From positions 1,048 to 65,047 of the forward strand of contig DASYUY010000125.1 of NCBI GenBank assembly GCA_036000705.1: a stretch of 64,000 bases of DNA, given 5' to 3'. This DNA comes from Candidatus Limnocylindria bacterium (GTDB lineage: Bacteria; Chloroflexota; Limnocylindria; P2-11E). A program made the translations under genes and the position numbers. Positions 62,712-64,000 of the stretch are shown piece by piece. The notes below the pieces were generated by a model. That model did not search any database. It saw only the letters and a list, made by a program, of their open reading frames with translations, and was not told where the DNA came from. Positions within the stretch are counted from its first letter, which is position 1; the number at the start of each line of letters is the position of its first letter.

Positions 62712-63890
62712 ATGCGCACGGTCCTGGAGATCGACGGTCTCTTCGACGGCACGAGCGCGATGTCGGATGCGGCCGTCGTCATCGAGGACGGTGAGATCAC
62801 CTGGGTCGGGAAGCGGTCGCGCGTGCCCAAGACGCCGAAGGGCGAGCGATCGCGATCGCTCCAGGCCGGTGGGCGTTTCGCGGTGCCCGGGCTGATCAAC
62901 TGCCACGCCCATCTCACATTCGATGGCACCGCGGACTTCGACGCCGAGTCGCGGCAGAGCGAGGCCGAAGCGACGCTCAAGGCGTTCCGCAACGCGCGCC
63001 TCACTCTGCGGAGCGGTGTGACCACGGTGCGCGACCTCGGCGCGAACGGCGGGATGGTCGTCGAGCTCGCCCGGCAGATCGAGCGCGGTGCGCTCGAAGG
63101 GCCGCGCATCATCGCGTCGGCGCGCGGGATCACGATCACCGGCGGCCACGGCACGGAGGTCGGACGCGTCGCCGACGGCGCGGACGCGGTCCGCGCGGCG
63201 ACGCGCGAGCAGGTCGCGGTCGGCGCGAGCGTGATCAAGCTGTTCTCCACCGGTGGCGTGCTGGGCGAGGGCGCCGGACCGGAGCTCTCGGCGTACACGC
63301 CCGAGGAGACGCGCGCCGCCGTCGAGGAAGCGCACCGTGCCGGCGTACGGATCACCACGCACGCGCACGGCGCGGAGGGGATGCGCATCGCATCCGAGGC
63401 CGGCATCGACTCGATCGAGCACGCGACGCTGCTCGATCAGCAGACGATCCGCGTGATCAAGGGGAAGAACGTCGCGCTCGTGCCGACGTTCTCGGCGCTG
63501 CGGCGCATCATCGACAACGGCAAGGCGCTGTCGGCACGCGTGATGGAGCGCGCGCGACTCGTGGCGACGAAGCATCAGGAGGGTGTCCGCGCGGCGCACA
63601 AGGCGGGCGTGCGGATCGCCGCAGGCACCGACGCGGGCACGCCCTTCAACACGCACGAGCGCTTCGCGCTCGAGCTCGTCTACCTCACCGAGGCGGGGCT
63701 CTCGCTGACCGAAGCGCTGGTGGCGGCAACGAGTCTCGCCGCGGATGTCGTCGGCACGCCGAAGGCGGGCCGCATCGAAGCGGGCGCGTGGGCCGACCTG
63801 CTCTTCGTCGACGGCGATCCACTGGATGACCTCGACGTGCTGCAACAGCCCAAAGCGGTCTGGGTCCGCGGGGTGCCGGTCGCTCCTTAG
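62712..63890 (+). CDS. Amidohydrolase-family metal-dependent hydrolase
   Basis: 'VPGLINCHAHL', 'IKLFSTGG', 'TTHAHG', 'IEHAT' and 'AGTDAG'. Paralogue-like to 44026-45201. Confidence 0.85.
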   Translation: MRTVLEIDGLFDGTSAMSDAAVVIEDGEITWVGKRSRVPKTPKGERSRSLQAGGRFAVPGLINCHAHLTFDGTADFDAESRQSEAEATLKAFRNARLTLRSGVTTVRDLGANGGMVVELARQIERGALEGPRIIASARGITITGGHGTEVGRVADGADAVRAATREQVAVGASVIKLFSTGGVLGEGAGPELSAYTPEETRAAVEEAHRAGVRITTHAHGAEGMRIASEAGIDSIEHATLLDQQTIRVIKGKNVALVPTFSALRRIIDNGKALSARVMERARLVATKHQEGVRAAHKAGVRIAAGTDAGTPFNTHERFALELVYLTEAGLSLTEALVAATSLAADVVGTPKAGRIEAGAWADLLFVDGDPLDDLDVLQQPKAVWVRGVPVAP

Positions 63891-64000
63891 ACCGCCTCGC
63901 TCGAATGCTCGGTCCGGATCTCCGCCGCCCCGCCGCGCTCGAGCAACTCGCGCGCCCGCTCGGCGCCGTCGTCCGTGTCGCAGACGACCGAGACCAAAGT
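63887..64000 (-). CDS. 3' end of an unidentified minus-strand gene (continues beyond the window)
   Basis: Open minus-strand frame '...TLVSVVCDTDDGAERARELLERGGAAEIRTEHSSEAV*' with TAA at 63887-63889. Only 37 codons are visible. Confidence 0.3.
   Translation of the reverse strand, partial: TLVSVVCDTDDGAERARELLERGGAAEIRTEHSSEAV

Noticed and set aside
61641-63845. 734-aa minus-strand ORF spanning the phosphodiesterase and amidohydrolase loci.
   Set aside because: It is antisense to a well-supported amidohydrolase and out of frame with the phosphodiesterase-like gene. It is Arg-rich and low in complexity, so I treat it as a GC artefact.
1-64000. tRNA, rRNA, tmRNA, integrase, transposase or phage genes.
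   Set aside because: Nothing resembling T-loop/acceptor features was seen in intergenic regions longer than 60 bp, and no recombinase or structural-protein motifs appear in any supported ORF. This was a visual scan only.

Overview
This is a high-GC, gene-dense chromosomal window. I support about 75 protein-coding genes, all called from the supplied ORF track plus motif recognition by eye; no database search was run. I found no rRNA, tRNA, CRISPR array, transposase, integrase or phage structural gene. Many neighbouring genes overlap by 4 to 8 nt (ATGA, GTGA, TTGA), so much of the window is organised as operons. Several starts sit directly behind -10-like boxes, which suggests leaderless transcripts. 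Two F420-type enzyme families (LLM and Ddn-like), frequent GTG starts and the [16 protein letters not shown] suggest an actinobacterial or similar high-GC soil lineage, but I cannot resolve the taxon.

Main blocks:
- 1-7.8 kb: M20 peptidase, folB, a decayed HAD gene and a five-component peptide/nickel-type ABC importer.
- 7.8-18 kb: Gfo/Idh/MocA oxidoreductases, a YceI/MarR pair, a TolB-like propeller protein, GDPD, F420-type LLM, DHFR-like protein, cupin and aminotransferase.
- 18-25 kb: a tetR gene bracketed by identical palindromic boxes, a surface protein with a 360-bp 18-mer tandem repeat, then an HTTM membrane protein translationally coupled to an adenylate cyclase-STAND-TPR protein.
- 25-30.4 kb: a minus-strand operon containing a fusion of a degenerate MBL-like domain, a propeller and an S9 peptidase.
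- 31-36.5 kb: a rhodanese-MoeB fusion and an ECF sigma gene flanked by two S41 lipoprotein peptidases.
- 36.5-47.9 kb: a long minus-strand array of EamA, M24, EamA, M50, DUF2079, DUF1330, a membrane alpha/beta-hydrolase, amidohydrolase, tdh, kbl and a receiver domain.
- 48-59.5 kb: small SRPBCC, cupin and GYD proteins, an ECF sigma/DUF4367/ABC-2 operon, htpX and a MacB-type ABC pair.
- 59.5-61 kb: a lower-GC islet with an AbiE-like antitoxin/nucleotidyltransferase pair interrupted at a CCC-TGA site.

The candidates I consider most worth follow-up are the HTTM-cyclase pair and its neighbouring repeat protein, the tetR boxes, the Cys-for-Lys S41 paralogues around an orphan ECF sigma, and the frameshifted AbiE-like module.
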